Positions 51,089 through 62,702 of a stretch of 64,000 nt of DNA are shown here, in pieces. Under the pieces are notes generated by a model. The model ran no database searches. It was not told the DNA's origin and saw only the letters and a program-made list of their open reading frames with translations. The position numbers and the translations under genes were made by a program. Origin of the DNA: an uncultured Bordetella sp. Lineage in GTDB: Bacteria > Pseudomonadota > Gammaproteobacteria > Burkholderiales > Burkholderiaceae_C. Position 1 is the first letter of the stretch. The number at the start of each line of letters is the position of its first letter. The stretch covers positions 12,638 to 76,637 of the forward strand of contig CAYTZZ010000010.1 in assembly GCA_964442645.1 (NCBI GenBank), given 5' to 3'.

Positions 51089-51149
51089 ACACTTCACGGC
51101 TATTACTACAGTGCTCGACATGGGCACCATAACGCATTGGAGAGACTGA

Positions 51150-51839
51150 ATGGAAATGCTGCAAAGCACCGATTTCTGGATTGGTTTGATGAAAATCATC
51201 TGGATCAACATCATCCTGTCCGGCGACAACGCCGTGGTGATCGCGCTGGCAGCCCGATCGCTCCCGCCCCATCAGCAAAGGAAAGCCGTTCTTTTCGGCT
51301 CAGGCGCAGCCGTCGTCTTGCGCATTGTGCTGACCGTGGTGGCAGTCCAATTGCTGGCTTTGTCTTATTTGCAAATCATCGGTGGCGCGCTGCTGCTGTG
51401 GATCGGTGTTCAACTGCTGAGTGAAGAAGACGAAGGCGAAGAAGGCGAAGTCGAGCAAAAAGGCTTGATGGCCGCGGTTCGCACCATCTTGATTGCCGAC
51501 ATTGTGATGAGTCTGGACAACGTGATTGCCGTGGCCGCAGCGGCCAAAGGCTCGACCACGCTGCTGATCATTGGTTTGGCCATCAGCATTCCCTTGGTGA
51601 TTTTCGGCAGCACGCTCATGATCAAGCTGATGGAACGTTACCCGGCCATTGTGACCTTGGGCGCTGCCTTGATTGGCTGGGTGGGCGGAGAAACCATCGT
51701 CAGCGATGTGGCCCTGAAGTCCACCTTGGAAGCCAATCCCTCACTGCACTACATTGCCGCGGCCGTTGGGGCTGCCCTGGTGGTGGGCTTGGGAAGGTTT
51801 CTTCAAAAGCGTGGAAAACACGCTGAAGAAACTGTTTAA
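51150..51839 (+). CDS. TerC/YjbE family membrane protein
   Basis: IILSGDNAVVIALAA, DIVMSLDNVIAVAAAA, ISIPL. Confidence 0.9.
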   Translation: MEMLQSTDFWIGLMKIIWINIILSGDNAVVIALAARSLPPHQQRKAVLFGSGAAVVLRIVLTVVAVQLLALSYLQIIGGALLLWIGVQLLSEEDEGEEGEVEQKGLMAAVRTILIADIVMSLDNVIAVAAAAKGSTTLLIIGLAISIPLVIFGSTLMIKLMERYPAIVTLGAALIGWVGGETIVSDVALKSTLEANPSLHYIAAAVGAALVVGLGRFLQKRGKHAEETV

Positions 51840-51913
51840 ATTAACATTTAAGCATTCATCCGGGCGCGCGCTCGGTAGCATGGCCAGATATTCACTTTGA
51901 AAGGAAATCTGTC

Positions 51914-52429
51914 ATGCACACACGCGAGCGCGGCTTCACCCTCATCGAATTGATGATCGTGGTGGCCATCATCGGCATTCTGGCGTCCGTGGCCTTGCCT
52001 GCCTACCAAGACTACACCATCCGGGCGCGGGTCAGCGAAGGCCTGGCCCTGGCGGCGGCTGCCAAAAACCAGGTTGTGGATGTTCTCTCCAACGGCAACG
52101 CCGCCGGCTCGGCCGATGGCTACGCCAATGGCTACCAAGCGCCCAGCGCCACCCCCAATGTTGCCAGCATCAGCATCGCTGCGGCCAGCGGCGTCATCAG
52201 CGTCAAAACCACAGCGGTGGCCGGCAACGGCTACTTTCATCTGGTGCCTTTCACGGGCACACGCGACACGCCCACAGCCCTGCCTGTGGGTACAGCGGCC
52301 TTCACGCCGCCAAGCCAGGGCAGCATCAACTGGCGCTGCGTGGCCGAGGGCGTGAGCAGCCCTGCGGCCATTGCCCTGCCAGAGGGGAGCTTGCTGTCCA
52401 GCAAGTACGCCCCTGCCGAATGTCGTTGA
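51914..52429 (+). CDS. pilA: Type IVa pilin
   Basis: Class III signal [35 protein letters not shown]-terminal Cys pair (WRC...ECR). GAAAGGA RBS. Confidence 0.93.
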   Translation: MHTRERGFTLIELMIVVAIIGILASVALPAYQDYTIRARVSEGLALAAAAKNQVVDVLSNGNAAGSADGYANGYQAPSATPNVASISIAAASGVISVKTTAVAGNGYFHLVPFTGTRDTPTALPVGTAAFTPPSQGSINWRCVAEGVSSPAAIALPEGSLLSSKYAPAECR

Positions 52430-52443
52430 ACAGGCGGGCCTGA

Positions 52444-54033
52444 ATGCTGGCTTGGCTGTGCGGGATGGCCATCGCCGTTGCCTGGCTGCAGCCTTGGGCA
52501 CCGCCGCCCGCACCCTCGGTCCCCGGCTTGGTCACCGCTTGGGGTCTGACGGGCCTGCTGTTGCTGGGCCTGCAGCGCTGGCGACCTGCCGGACTAACGG
52601 CGGCCCCCGTCGCCACATGCCTCACCCTGTTGGCTTGCTTGTTGGGCTTGACCCTTTGGTCCATCGCCTGGGTTCCCTTTGTCGATCGGGCTTTGATCGG
52701 TGGCTTGTGGGGCAGCGTGTTGTGCATTTTTCTGGCTTACCTTGTGGGCAGGCAGAAAGACCTTGCGGCGCCGATCGCACAAAGCCTTTTGTGGGTGGCC
52801 TTGGTGTGCGCCATCATGGGTTTTGTGCAATACGCAGGGTGGGCACAGTCGCCTGGCAATGGATTTGACTGGCTCCATGCCAGCCCGCAACGCGATGCCT
52901 ATGCCAACCTGAGGCAGCGCAATCAATTTGGCAGTCTGATGGCCCTGGGTCTGGCGGCTTGGCTGTACCTTCAGCCAAGCCCATGGCAGCGCATCCCGCT
53001 TTTTCACTGGCTGCAACTTGGCCTGCTGAGCCTTGGAGCGGTCATCTCCTGCTCCAGGGCGGGCGCCATTGCATGGCTGGCCTTGGCCGCCCTGGCAACT
53101 GTTGCCTGCAGCAAGCATCGTGTAATGGCCCAACGCTCGGCCTGGGTGGCGCCCCTTGTGGCGGCCGGTTTGTTTGTCCTGCTCAGTGGGGCTCTGCCCA
53201 CCATGACACTTCTGGAAACCCAGGCCGCCGTCGCCCCAGCCCCCGCACCCGCCTTGACACGCGCCACCACCCAAGCCGAAGGCCTGGACATTTGCGAGAG
53301 CCGTCTGGTGCTTTGGCGCAATGTGCTGGAACTGAGCCTGCAACGCCCCTGGACTGGCTGGGGCTGGGGCGAGCTGGATTACGCCATGGCCACGCAGGCG
53401 CTCACAGGAACCCGGTTTTGCGGCATCGTGGCCCATGCGCACAACCTGCCATTGCAGTTGATGGTCGAGTGGGGTTGGCCTTTGGCCTGGGGCTTGATGG
53501 CCTGTGCAGGCATATGGTTTTGGCGACGGCGCCCCAGCCTGGCAACATCCTCCAGCGCCCTGCTCGGGTGGGCCTTGTTGTTGCCTTTGACGGTGCACAG
53601 CCTGCTGGAGTTTCCGCTTTGGTATGGCCCGTTTCAAATGAGCCTGGGTTTGGCCTTGGGCATGGTCGCCGGGCCCGCTGCAGGTTCGGTCAGTGCCAAA
53701 GCGCAAACCGCAACGCGTGGCTTGGCTGTTTTGTTGGTGGCCGGTGCTGGGTGGGGCGCGGTCGATTACCTGCGCGTGAGCCAGCCCTACTTGCCCAGCC
53801 ACCTTCGAAAGCCCCATGCGCAGGCGGCCCCTCTGGTGGAGGCTGATCAAACGTTCTGGTTTCGAAATGCCGTTGATTTCATCCAATTGACGACCACAGG
53901 TGTTCCCCAAGAGGCGCAGAAGGCCCTCGCACAGCGGTTGATGCACTACTCGCCAGAACCCGCTGTTGCAAAGCACCTCCAAGTTGAAATAACCCAGCCC
54001 CACCAAGGCTCATTGACCGCACCGCGTGAGTGA
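52444..54033 (+). CDS. PglL-type O-oligosaccharyltransferase (Wzy_C / O-antigen ligase family)
   Basis: YANLRQRNQF, CSRAG, PWTGWGWG, AHNLPLQL, HSLLEFPLWYGPF. Directly downstream of the pilin. Confidence 0.82.
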   Translation: MLAWLCGMAIAVAWLQPWAPPPAPSVPGLVTAWGLTGLLLLGLQRWRPAGLTAAPVATCLTLLACLLGLTLWSIAWVPFVDRALIGGLWGSVLCIFLAYLVGRQKDLAAPIAQSLLWVALVCAIMGFVQYAGWAQSPGNGFDWLHASPQRDAYANLRQRNQFGSLMALGLAAWLYLQPSPWQRIPLFHWLQLGLLSLGAVISCSRAGAIAWLALAALATVACSKHRVMAQRSAWVAPLVAAGLFVLLSGALPTMTLLETQAAVAPAPAPALTRATTQAEGLDICESRLVLWRNVLELSLQRPWTGWGWGELDYAMATQALTGTRFCGIVAHAHNLPLQLMVEWGWPLAWGLMACAGIWFWRRRPSLATSSSALLGWALLLPLTVHSLLEFPLWYGPFQMSLGLALGMVAGPAAGSVSAKAQTATRGLAVLLVAGAGWGAVDYLRVSQPYLPSHLRKPHAQAAPLVEADQTFWFRNAVDFIQLTTTGVPQEAQKALAQRLMHYSPEPAVAKHLQVEITQPHQGSLTAPRE

Positions 54034-54077
54034 TCACCCAAGATGCACGAACATCGGTGCCTTCTTTGGAGGCTTTG

Positions 54078-54632
54078 ATGGCTTGGCTGGACTTTCTTAA
54101 AAACGGTAACGAACTTTCTGAATTGCTGATTGAGGGCACCAACCCTTATGGCAACTGCTTGCTCAAGCAAGCCGATGTGGACCAGCTGCGTGACCACATC
54201 CCGGCCGAAGACCAAGTTCTCGCCTATGTTTTAGGGCGCGTGGTCCTGGCTGGGCGCGGCCTTTGGCTGTTGACCGACAGCAAGCTGTTGATTTCTGAAA
54301 GCGACAACGACGCGCGCGTGCACGCTTACGCACTGCAAGACATTACTGCAGCGGAATGCGTCAAGGGCAAATACGGTTACACCCTGCGCGTCACGGCCAT
54401 GGGACAACAACGCAGTGTGTACGGGGCGTCAGCTCAATTTGCAACGGTTTTTTACCGTGCGCTGGCCGAAAAAGTGCTGTGCGCGCCGGTTCACAAACCC
54501 ACGCAGTTGCATGCCAGTGATTTGGCCGAGGTGGTGCAACACTTTGGCGATGCGGCTGTTCGGCTTCAGCCTTTGAAGGCGATGAATTCGCAGGCTGTGG
54601 AGCGGATTGCGCAAATCGCGCACGCCGCTTAA
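54078..54632 (+). CDS. Hypothetical protein, possible bacterial PH-like domain
   Basis: GGAGG RBS before ATG 54078. EDQVLAYVLGRV..GLWLLTDSKLL..YALQDITAAEC..G..LRV resembles bacterial PH domains. Confidence 0.55.
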   Translation: MAWLDFLKNGNELSELLIEGTNPYGNCLLKQADVDQLRDHIPAEDQVLAYVLGRVVLAGRGLWLLTDSKLLISESDNDARVHAYALQDITAAECVKGKYGYTLRVTAMGQQRSVYGASAQFATVFYRALAEKVLCAPVHKPTQLHASDLAEVVQHFGDAAVRLQPLKAMNSQAVERIAQIAHAA

Positions 54633-54641
54633 CCTGGGGCT

Positions 54642-55118
54642 TTATGCCCCAGCCACAAAGCTGCCCGACTTGCCCCCATGCTTTTCTAGCAACTTCACGT
54701 CGGTGATGGTCATGCCTCTGTCGACGGCTTTGACCATGTCATAGATGGTCAGCAAAGCCACTTGCACGGCCGTCAAAGCTTCCATCTCCACGCCTGTGGG
54801 GCCCACTGTTTCTACGGTGGCTTGGCAAGTCACGTGAGACGCCGCGGCATCCACCTCAAAACCCAAAGCCACACGCGTGAGCGCCAATGGGTGACACAGG
54901 GGGATCAAGTCGCTGGTTTTCTTGGCAGCTTGAATGCCCGCAATGCGGGCAATGCCCAGCACATCCCCCTTCTTGGCCGTTCCACTCTCAATCAAACGCA
55001 GGGTGTCGGGCATCATTTCAATGCGCCCCGTGGCCACCGCAATGCGGTGCGTGGCAGCTTTGGCGGCCACGTCCACCATGTGGGCTTGGCCTTGGGCGTC
55101 AAAATGGGTCAGCGTCAT
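54642..55118 (-). CDS. moaC: Cyclic pyranopterin monophosphate synthase
   Basis: [54 protein letters not shown]. Confidence 0.96.
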   Translation of the reverse strand: MTLTHFDAQGQAHMVDVAAKAATHRIAVATGRIEMMPDTLRLIESGTAKKGDVLGIARIAGIQAAKKTSDLIPLCHPLALTRVALGFEVDAAASHVTCQATVETVGPTGVEMEALTAVQVALLTIYDMVKAVDRGMTITDVKLLEKHGGKSGSFVAGA

Positions 55119-55164
55119 GGGGAACCTTCATCGGGGGTTAACATCGAAGCTGGATCATAAGGTC

Positions 55165-56712
55165 ATGCCAATTTCCGCTGCATTCCTGTCAAAAGCCCGT
55201 TGCAAGGGGGTCATCCTCAGCTTGCTGCTGGGCATGGCGAACGCGCCGCTGCTGGCGCAAGCCCCAGCGGCGCATGCGCTGCCATCTTTAGGCGATGGCG
55301 GCGACATGCCCCTGGGTGAAGAGCGGCGGTTAGGCGACAGCATTGCGCGAGAAATTCTGCGCGATCCCGACCTGATCGAAGACCCCATTCTCAGTGACTA
55401 CATCCAGAGCATTTGGCAGCCCCTGATCCAGGCAGCGCGCCAGCGTGGTGAGCTGTCCGCAGAGTTGGAGCAACGCTTCGCCTGGGACTTGATGCTGATT
55501 CGCGACAAAAGCGTCAACGCGTTCGCTTTGCCTGGCGGGTATTTGGGCGTTCATTTGGGCCTGATCGGGGTGTCTTCCAGCCGGGATGAGTTGGCGTCGG
55601 TGCTGGCGCATGAACTCAGCCATGTGACACAGCGCCACATCGCGCGCCTGCTGTCCCAGCAAAGCAAGCAGTCGCCCCTGATGATGGGCGCCATGGTCTT
55701 GGGCTTGCTCGCGGCCAGCCGCAATCCGCAAGCGGCGAATGCCATGATTGTGGGCGGCCAAGCGGTGGCCATCCAAAATCAATTGAATTTTTCTCGCGAC
55801 ATGGAGCGAGAAGCCGATCGTGTGGGCTACGGGGTGATGACCCAAGCCGGCTTTGAGCCGCAAGGCTTTGTCAGCTTGTTTGAGAAGCTGCAGCAGGCCG
55901 CTCGGCTCAATGACAGCGGCGGCTTCCCCTACCTGCGCAGCCACCCGATGACCACCGAGCGAATTGCCGACATGCAAGCACGCCAGCAATTGCTGACGCT
56001 GGCCAGCCCGGCGCCACCCCGGCTGGCCCACCAACTGCTGTCAGCACGGGCGCGCGTTCTGGCCAACCCCGGGGTCGATGCCCAGCGTTTTTTCAGTGCG
56101 GATGCGCAGCAAGAAAACCGCTCGCCCGGGCAGCGCGCGGCGGCCTTGTATGCCGGCGTGATGGCCGATCTGCGCTTGCGCGATCACGGCCAGTTGCGCG
56201 CCCGCCTGGAAGAGCTTCGCCTGCTCACACAAGCTGACCCTGAGGCGCTACAGCAGGTCAAATGGCTGAACGCCGAGGTCGCATTGCAAACAGGCGCGCC
56301 ACTGCAGGCCATTGCGTTGCTGGGCACCCAAGGGAAAGACCGGGCCGGACGGTTTTTGCTGGCTCAGAGCCGCATTGCCACAGGCTTGCCGGCACAAGGT
56401 GCGCTGGCCGCCCAGGACTTGCTGGGTTGGACGGCCTTGCAACCGCGCGATGCCCATGGCTGGGAATTGCTGGGGCAAGCACTGGGCTTGCAAGGCGACA
56501 CACTGCGCGCCATTCGCGCCCAAGCCGAATCCTTGGCCCTGAAATTTGACTACGCCGCCGCCATTGACCGCCTGATGGCTGCGCAGGAATTGGCGCGCCA
56601 ACTGGCACGCAGCGGTCGACTGGACCGTGGCCAGGAGATGGAAGCCGCCATCATCGATTCGCGACTGCGCACGCTACAAATCGCGCGGCGGGAACAAACG
56701 CTCCAGCGCTGA
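55165..56712 (+). CDS. M48 family metalloprotease, BepA/YfgC-like
   Basis: Signal peptide, VNAFALPGG, HELSH zinc motif, FSRDMEREADRVG, YLRSHP, TPR-like tail. Start uncertain. Confidence 0.88.
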   Translation: MPISAAFLSKARCKGVILSLLLGMANAPLLAQAPAAHALPSLGDGGDMPLGEERRLGDSIAREILRDPDLIEDPILSDYIQSIWQPLIQAARQRGELSAELEQRFAWDLMLIRDKSVNAFALPGGYLGVHLGLIGVSSSRDELASVLAHELSHVTQRHIARLLSQQSKQSPLMMGAMVLGLLAASRNPQAANAMIVGGQAVAIQNQLNFSRDMEREADRVGYGVMTQAGFEPQGFVSLFEKLQQAARLNDSGGFPYLRSHPMTTERIADMQARQQLLTLASPAPPRLAHQLLSARARVLANPGVDAQRFFSADAQQENRSPGQRAAALYAGVMADLRLRDHGQLRARLEELRLLTQADPEALQQVKWLNAEVALQTGAPLQAIALLGTQGKDRAGRFLLAQSRIATGLPAQGALAAQDLLGWTALQPRDAHGWELLGQALGLQGDTLRAIRAQAESLALKFDYAAAIDRLMAAQELARQLARSGRLDRGQEMEAAIIDSRLRTLQIARREQTLQR

Positions 56713-57033
56713 GTCAATGACGATACCCATGACGGAATAAATCAGCGAGCCCAGCAAGGCGTGCCCAAAGTTGCGCACCTGAAAGCCTTCCAGCACGGCC
56801 GAGGCGGCCCAAAAAAGCGCGGCGTTGATCACAAACAGGAAGAGCCCCAAGCTGACCAAGGTGACCGGCAAAGTCAGGACCACCAAAACGGGTCGCACCA
56901 CCAGGTTAAAGAGGCCAATCACCAAAGCCGCAATCAAGGCCGCGCCAAACCCACGCACCTCCACGCCGCTGTCGATGCTGGCCAAGGCCATGAGGGCCGT
57001 GGCACAGAGTAACCATTTCAAAATCAGTTTCAT
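56674..57033 (-). CDS. Phage holin family (YvlD-like) 4-TM membrane protein
   Basis: NLVVRPVLVVLTLPVTLVSLGLFLFVINA, GF.V..FG.AL.GSLI. No phage genes nearby. Confidence 0.8.
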   Translation of the reverse strand: MKLILKWLLCATALMALASIDSGVEVRGFGAALIAALVIGLFNLVVRPVLVVLTLPVTLVSLGLFLFVINAALFWAASAVLEGFQVRNFGHALLGSLIYSVMGIVIDSALERLFPPRDL

Positions 57034-57068
57034 GTGTTCCGAGAATAGCACTGCGCCAAGACACCGCT

Positions 57069-58915
<1,847 letters not shown>

Positions 58916-58990
58916 TTAGAGGCTTCCTCTGACCATCCTGTGGCGAGCGTCGCCTGCCGATAGAATCGGCACAACTGGAACAGATATTTC

Positions 58991-59605
58991 ATGAAACTCA
59001 TCGGCGCCATCACCAGCCCTTACGTGCGAAAAGTTCGCATCGTCATGGCGGAAAAGAAACTGGACTACCAATTCGTCAGCGAAGACGTCTGGTCAGCGCA
59101 GACCACCATTTCCGAATCGAACCCCTTGGGCAAAGTGCCCTGCTTGGTCATGGAGGGCGGCGAAGCCCTGTTCGACTCGCGTGTGATCGTGGAATACCTG
59201 GATGCGCTGTCGCCGGTGGGCAAACTGATTCCCGCCACCGGTCGCGAGCGTGCCGAGGTGAAAACCTGGGAGGCTTTGTCCGATGGCTTGCTGGATGCCA
59301 GCATCCTGGCACGCCTGGAAGCCTCCTGGCCTGGTCGCAAGGAAGGTGAGCGCTCGCAAGCCTGGATCGACCGCCAAATGGGCAAAGTCAGCGACAGTTT
59401 GCTGGCCATGAGCCGAGGCCTGGGTGACCGCGGGTATTGCAGTGGCATTCATCTGACGCTGTCGGACATTGCCGTAGGCTGCGCCCTGGGTTATCTGGAC
59501 TTCCGCTTCCCCCAGATCGATTGGCGTGCCCAGCACCCCAATTTGGCGCGCTTGCAAGAAAAACTGATGCAGCGTCCCAGCTTCCAGGACACCCGCCCCG
59601 CCTGA
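58991..59605 (+). CDS. Glutathione S-transferase family protein
   Basis: TSPYVRKVRI, NPLGKVPCL, LFDSRVIVEYL, LSDIAVGCALGYLDFR. Confidence 0.9.
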   Translation: MKLIGAITSPYVRKVRIVMAEKKLDYQFVSEDVWSAQTTISESNPLGKVPCLVMEGGEALFDSRVIVEYLDALSPVGKLIPATGRERAEVKTWEALSDGLLDASILARLEASWPGRKEGERSQAWIDRQMGKVSDSLLAMSRGLGDRGYCSGIHLTLSDIAVGCALGYLDFRFPQIDWRAQHPNLARLQEKLMQRPSFQDTRPA

Positions 59606-59606
59606 G

Positions 59607-60068
59607 TCAGGACCGTGCGCGGCGCTTGAGCCAGCGCATCAAGGTGCCCAAGACGGGCAATTTTTCATAAAGCTCTTCGGCGACATCCCAATAGTCGCGG
59701 TGCACCGCAATGCGCCAACAGCCATCTGCTTGCTGTTCGTACACCAAGTGGGTGGCGCCCCGCACCGTGAACTCCGAACGGTGGGCACCCGTGCCTGTGG
59801 CAAACAAAAAATCCCAAGTCAAAAAACACTGATGGCCCTCGAGCACCCGTGTCGTCACCACAAAGCGCGGGTTCACCAGGCTGCGAAACATGTGATCGAA
59901 GATGACCTCGATGCTTGGCAAACCCTGCACCTCGTTGAAGGGGTCCTTGAAGCGGGCCTGTGCGTCATAAAGGTCTGACAGCTGCGACAGCGACTGCGGC
60001 GTCAGCGACTCAAAATAAGCCACCACTTGCTTGGTCAGCTCAGCGGGGGAATGCATGGGGGTTGTCAT
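59607..60068 (-). CDS. NTF2/SnoaL-like family protein
   Basis: YDAQARFKDPFNEVQG, FLTWDF, G.THL, IAVHRDYWD.AEELYEKLP.LG.LMRWLK. Confidence 0.85.
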   Translation of the reverse strand: MTTPMHSPAELTKQVVAYFESLTPQSLSQLSDLYDAQARFKDPFNEVQGLPSIEVIFDHMFRSLVNPRFVVTTRVLEGHQCFLTWDFLFATGTGAHRSEFTVRGATHLVYEQQADGCWRIAVHRDYWDVAEELYEKLPVLGTLMRWLKRRARS

Positions 60069-60085
60069 TCGCAATACGCCTGTGT

Positions 60086-60871
60086 TCAAAGCCCGGTTGC
60101 TTTTCGAACCGCCTGGAAATACAGGCGATAGGGCACGCAACGCAAAAATTTCAGCACCCGCGTAAAGCGCCGCGGGTAATGGATTTCGAAGTCGCCCGCC
60201 GCCCAGCCCGCCAGCATTTGCCGCGCGGCCTCCTGCGGCTGAATCAGGGCGGGCATGTGAAAGTCGTTTTGTGCGGTCAAGGGCGTTTCCACAAACCCGG
60301 GGTTCACCACGCTGACGCCAACGCCACTGGACTGCAAGTCCAGGTACAGCGCCTCGGCCAAATGAATCAAGGCTGCTTTGGTCGGACCGTAAGCCAGGCT
60401 TTGCGGCAAACCGCGATAGCCCGCCACACTGGCCACCAGGGACACATGGCCGCGTTGCTGCGACAACAAGCTGGGCAAAACAACATCCAGCAAGCGCAAG
60501 GCACCCAGATAGTTCACATCCTGGTGGCGCATCATTTGGCCCAGGTCATAGTGATCGGCACGCAGGGGCTGGTAATGTCCGGCGCAATAGATCACCCAGT
60601 CCAGCCCCTGATGGGCTTGAACTTGCTGTGCGGCGTCCTGCAAACTTTCCAACGACGTGACGTCCACCGGCACCACCCAGGCATGAGGGTACTGCTGCGC
60701 CAAGTCTTGCAAAGGTGCTTTTTGCCGGCTCGACACCGCCACCTTGGCACCGGCCTGAAGCAAGGCCTCGGCCGTGGCGCGGCCAATGCCCGACGAAGCG
60801 CCGACCACCCAGACGCTGCGACCCCGCCAGTCTTGCATGGGCGCATTCAGCGGTTTCAGCCAAGCTCGCAT
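60086..60871 (-). CDS. Short-chain dehydrogenase/reductase
   Basis: GASSGIG (Rossmann), catalytic YGPTK, VNPGFVETPLT. Confidence 0.9.
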   Translation of the reverse strand: MRAWLKPLNAPMQDWRGRSVWVVGASSGIGRATAEALLQAGAKVAVSSRQKAPLQDLAQQYPHAWVVPVDVTSLESLQDAAQQVQAHQGLDWVIYCAGHYQPLRADHYDLGQMMRHQDVNYLGALRLLDVVLPSLLSQQRGHVSLVASVAGYRGLPQSLAYGPTKAALIHLAEALYLDLQSSGVGVSVVNPGFVETPLTAQNDFHMPALIQPQEAARQMLAGWAAGDFEIHYPRRFTRVLKFLRCVPYRLYFQAVRKATGL

Positions 60872-60872
60872 G

Positions 60873-61439
60873 TCAGCCTCCTGATGATGGCAGCCCCAGC
60901 AAGGCTTGTCGCAATGCGGGTGCTGAGGTGGACTCTGACAACCAGATGCCCAAAAATTTGTGGGCCAAGGCACGATCGTCAATTTGGCCCGAGACCCTCG
61001 CGCGCTGCGCATGGTGCCAAAAACGCAAGCCCTTTTGCGGGTCGTACACGGCCGTCAAACGCTCACCTGGGCGAACATCCGACAGCACCTCTGTCAATTG
61101 CCGTTGCCACTGCTGCACAAGCGCGTCGGCCAAGGGCCCTTGCCGAAGCATCTCATGCAGGGAACGCTGCGCAATGTCTTGCGCAGAAAAATTGCGGCGG
61201 TACTGAAGGCTCAACACCAAGCGGTGCGTGGTCCAAGCCGTGCCCGCCTCGGCAGGCAACCAGAGCGAGGCCTCATAAATTTCCAAGCCCCAAAAACGGA
61301 AGATGCCTTGGCCACGCAAGGGCAGCTTCTGCCACTCCTCACCCAGCTCGCTCAGCGACAGCGGTTGCGCGCTGGCCCAAGGCGAGGCCGCAAAGCCGGT
61401 ACACGCCAGCAGACCGCCCAAGCACAAACGACGCTTCAT
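60873..61439 (-). CDS. Chalcone isomerase-like periplasmic protein
   Basis: Signal peptide, G.G.FRFWGLEIYEASLW, L.LQYRRNF, DVRPGE, FLGIWLSE.TSAPALRQALLG. Confidence 0.75.
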   Translation of the reverse strand: MKRRLCLGGLLACTGFAASPWASAQPLSLSELGEEWQKLPLRGQGIFRFWGLEIYEASLWLPAEAGTAWTTHRLVLSLQYRRNFSAQDIAQRSLHEMLRQGPLADALVQQWQRQLTEVLSDVRPGERLTAVYDPQKGLRFWHHAQRARVSGQIDDRALAHKFLGIWLSESTSAPALRQALLGLPSSGG

Positions 61440-62662
61440 GCCTTCCAGGGCTTGAGCAAGGTGTACTGAAGCACGTCGGTGTTGCGCTCCCAGAAGGCGG
61501 CCTCGCAATAGGCCAGGTAGAACTCCCAGGTGCGCATGAAGCGCTCATCAAAGCCGAGTTGCAGCACCTGCTCTCTTTCGCTCAAAAACTGCTCGCGCCA
61601 GCGCCGCAGTGTTTCCGCGTAATCATGGCCAAAAGAAAATGCGTCGCGCACCTCCAAGCCAGCCGCCTGCGCTTGCTTGACGAACTCGCGCGGGCACGGC
61701 AAGCAACCCCCTGGGAAGATGTATTGCTGGATGAAGTCGGTGCCCTGGATGTAGCGCTCAAACAGGCTGTCTTCAATGACAATGGTTTGGATGCAGGCGC
61801 TGCCACCGGGTTTGAGCAAGCGGTTCAAGGTCGCAAAATACTGCGGCCAGTAGGCTTGCCCAACAGCTTCGAGCATTTCAATGGAGCAAATGGCATCGAA
61901 AGGCTCATCGGGAATGTCGCGGTAGTCTTGCAAGCGCAAATCGGCCTTGAGCCCTTGGTCGCTCAAGCGTTGCTGAGCGTAGGCCAGTTGCGCCTTGCTC
62001 AGGGTCACACCCGTCATTTGGGCGCCAAATTCGCGCGCGCCCAACTCGGCCACGGCGCCCCAACCGCAGCCAATCTCCAGCACGCGCTGGCTGGCACCGG
62101 GCGTCACACCGGCCATGCGCAAGGCCCGCGCCATCTTGGCTTGCTGCGCTTGCACCAGGCTTTGCTGGGGGTTGCCATCAAACCAGGCCGAGGAATAGTT
62201 CATGCTCGGGTCCAGCCAGAGCTCATAGAACAGGTTGCCCAAATCGTAATGCGCATGAATGTTTTTGGCACTGTTGCTGCGGGTGTTGCGGTTCATCCAA
62301 TGGCGCACACGGTAAGCCAGGCGGCCCAGCCAATGGCCATAAATGACGTCTTCCATCTCACGCCGATTGGCCACCAGCACGCGCAGCAAATCCACCAGGT
62401 TGGGGCTGGCCCAGTCGCCCGCCATGAAGGCTTCTGCAAAGCCGATGTCGCCCGACTTCAAGGCGGCGGCGCAAGGCGACCAGTTGCGCAAAATCAACGT
62501 GCCATGCAAGCCCTCACCCGAGCCAAACTGCTGGGAGCTGCCATCGGGACATTGAATGGTGAGCGTGCCGTGACGGATGCGCTGCAACAGGCTCAGCAGT
62601 TGGCGTGCGCTCGCGGGCGTGTCATTGGGCAAAGAAAAAACGGGGGCGGTGGTGGTGTTCAT
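61436..62662 (-). CDS. cfa: Cyclopropane-fatty-acyl-phospholipid synthase-like SAM-dependent methyltransferase
   Basis: NIHAHYDLGNLFY.LWLDPSMNYS, VLEIGCGWG, SIEMLEAVG, FIQQYIFPGG.LP, RTWEFYLAYCEAAF. Confidence 0.88.
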   Translation of the reverse strand: MNTTTAPVFSLPNDTPASARQLLSLLQRIRHGTLTIQCPDGSSQQFGSGEGLHGTLILRNWSPCAAALKSGDIGFAEAFMAGDWASPNLVDLLRVLVANRREMEDVIYGHWLGRLAYRVRHWMNRNTRSNSAKNIHAHYDLGNLFYELWLDPSMNYSSAWFDGNPQQSLVQAQQAKMARALRMAGVTPGASQRVLEIGCGWGAVAELGAREFGAQMTGVTLSKAQLAYAQQRLSDQGLKADLRLQDYRDIPDEPFDAICSIEMLEAVGQAYWPQYFATLNRLLKPGGSACIQTIVIEDSLFERYIQGTDFIQQYIFPGGCLPCPREFVKQAQAAGLEVRDAFSFGHDYAETLRRWREQFLSEREQVLQLGFDERFMRTWEFYLAYCEAAFWERNTDVLQYTLLKPWKA

Positions 62663-62702
62663 GCGACGCAGGGTCCTCGCTCATGAAATGGATGTGTGGC
62701 CT

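Noticed and set aside
51040-51149. yybP-ykoY (Mn2+) riboswitch ahead of the TerC gene
   Set aside because: I could not find the conserved riboswitch core; only a simple hairpin after sucD is visible. An Rfam scan would settle it.
51840-51913. Sigma54 promoter for pilA (TGGCCAGATATTCAC)
   Set aside because: The -24 GG is present but there is no GC at the -12 position.
56674-57033. Prophage remnant suggested by the holin-family gene
   Set aside because: No endolysin, structural, integrase or att features nearby; this family is common in core chromosomes.
59960-62686. 908-aa plus-strand ORF crossing several genes
   Set aside because: Codon-aligned with the SDR and cfa genes on the opposite strand. 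Composition is non-protein-like, consistent with a chance lack of stops.
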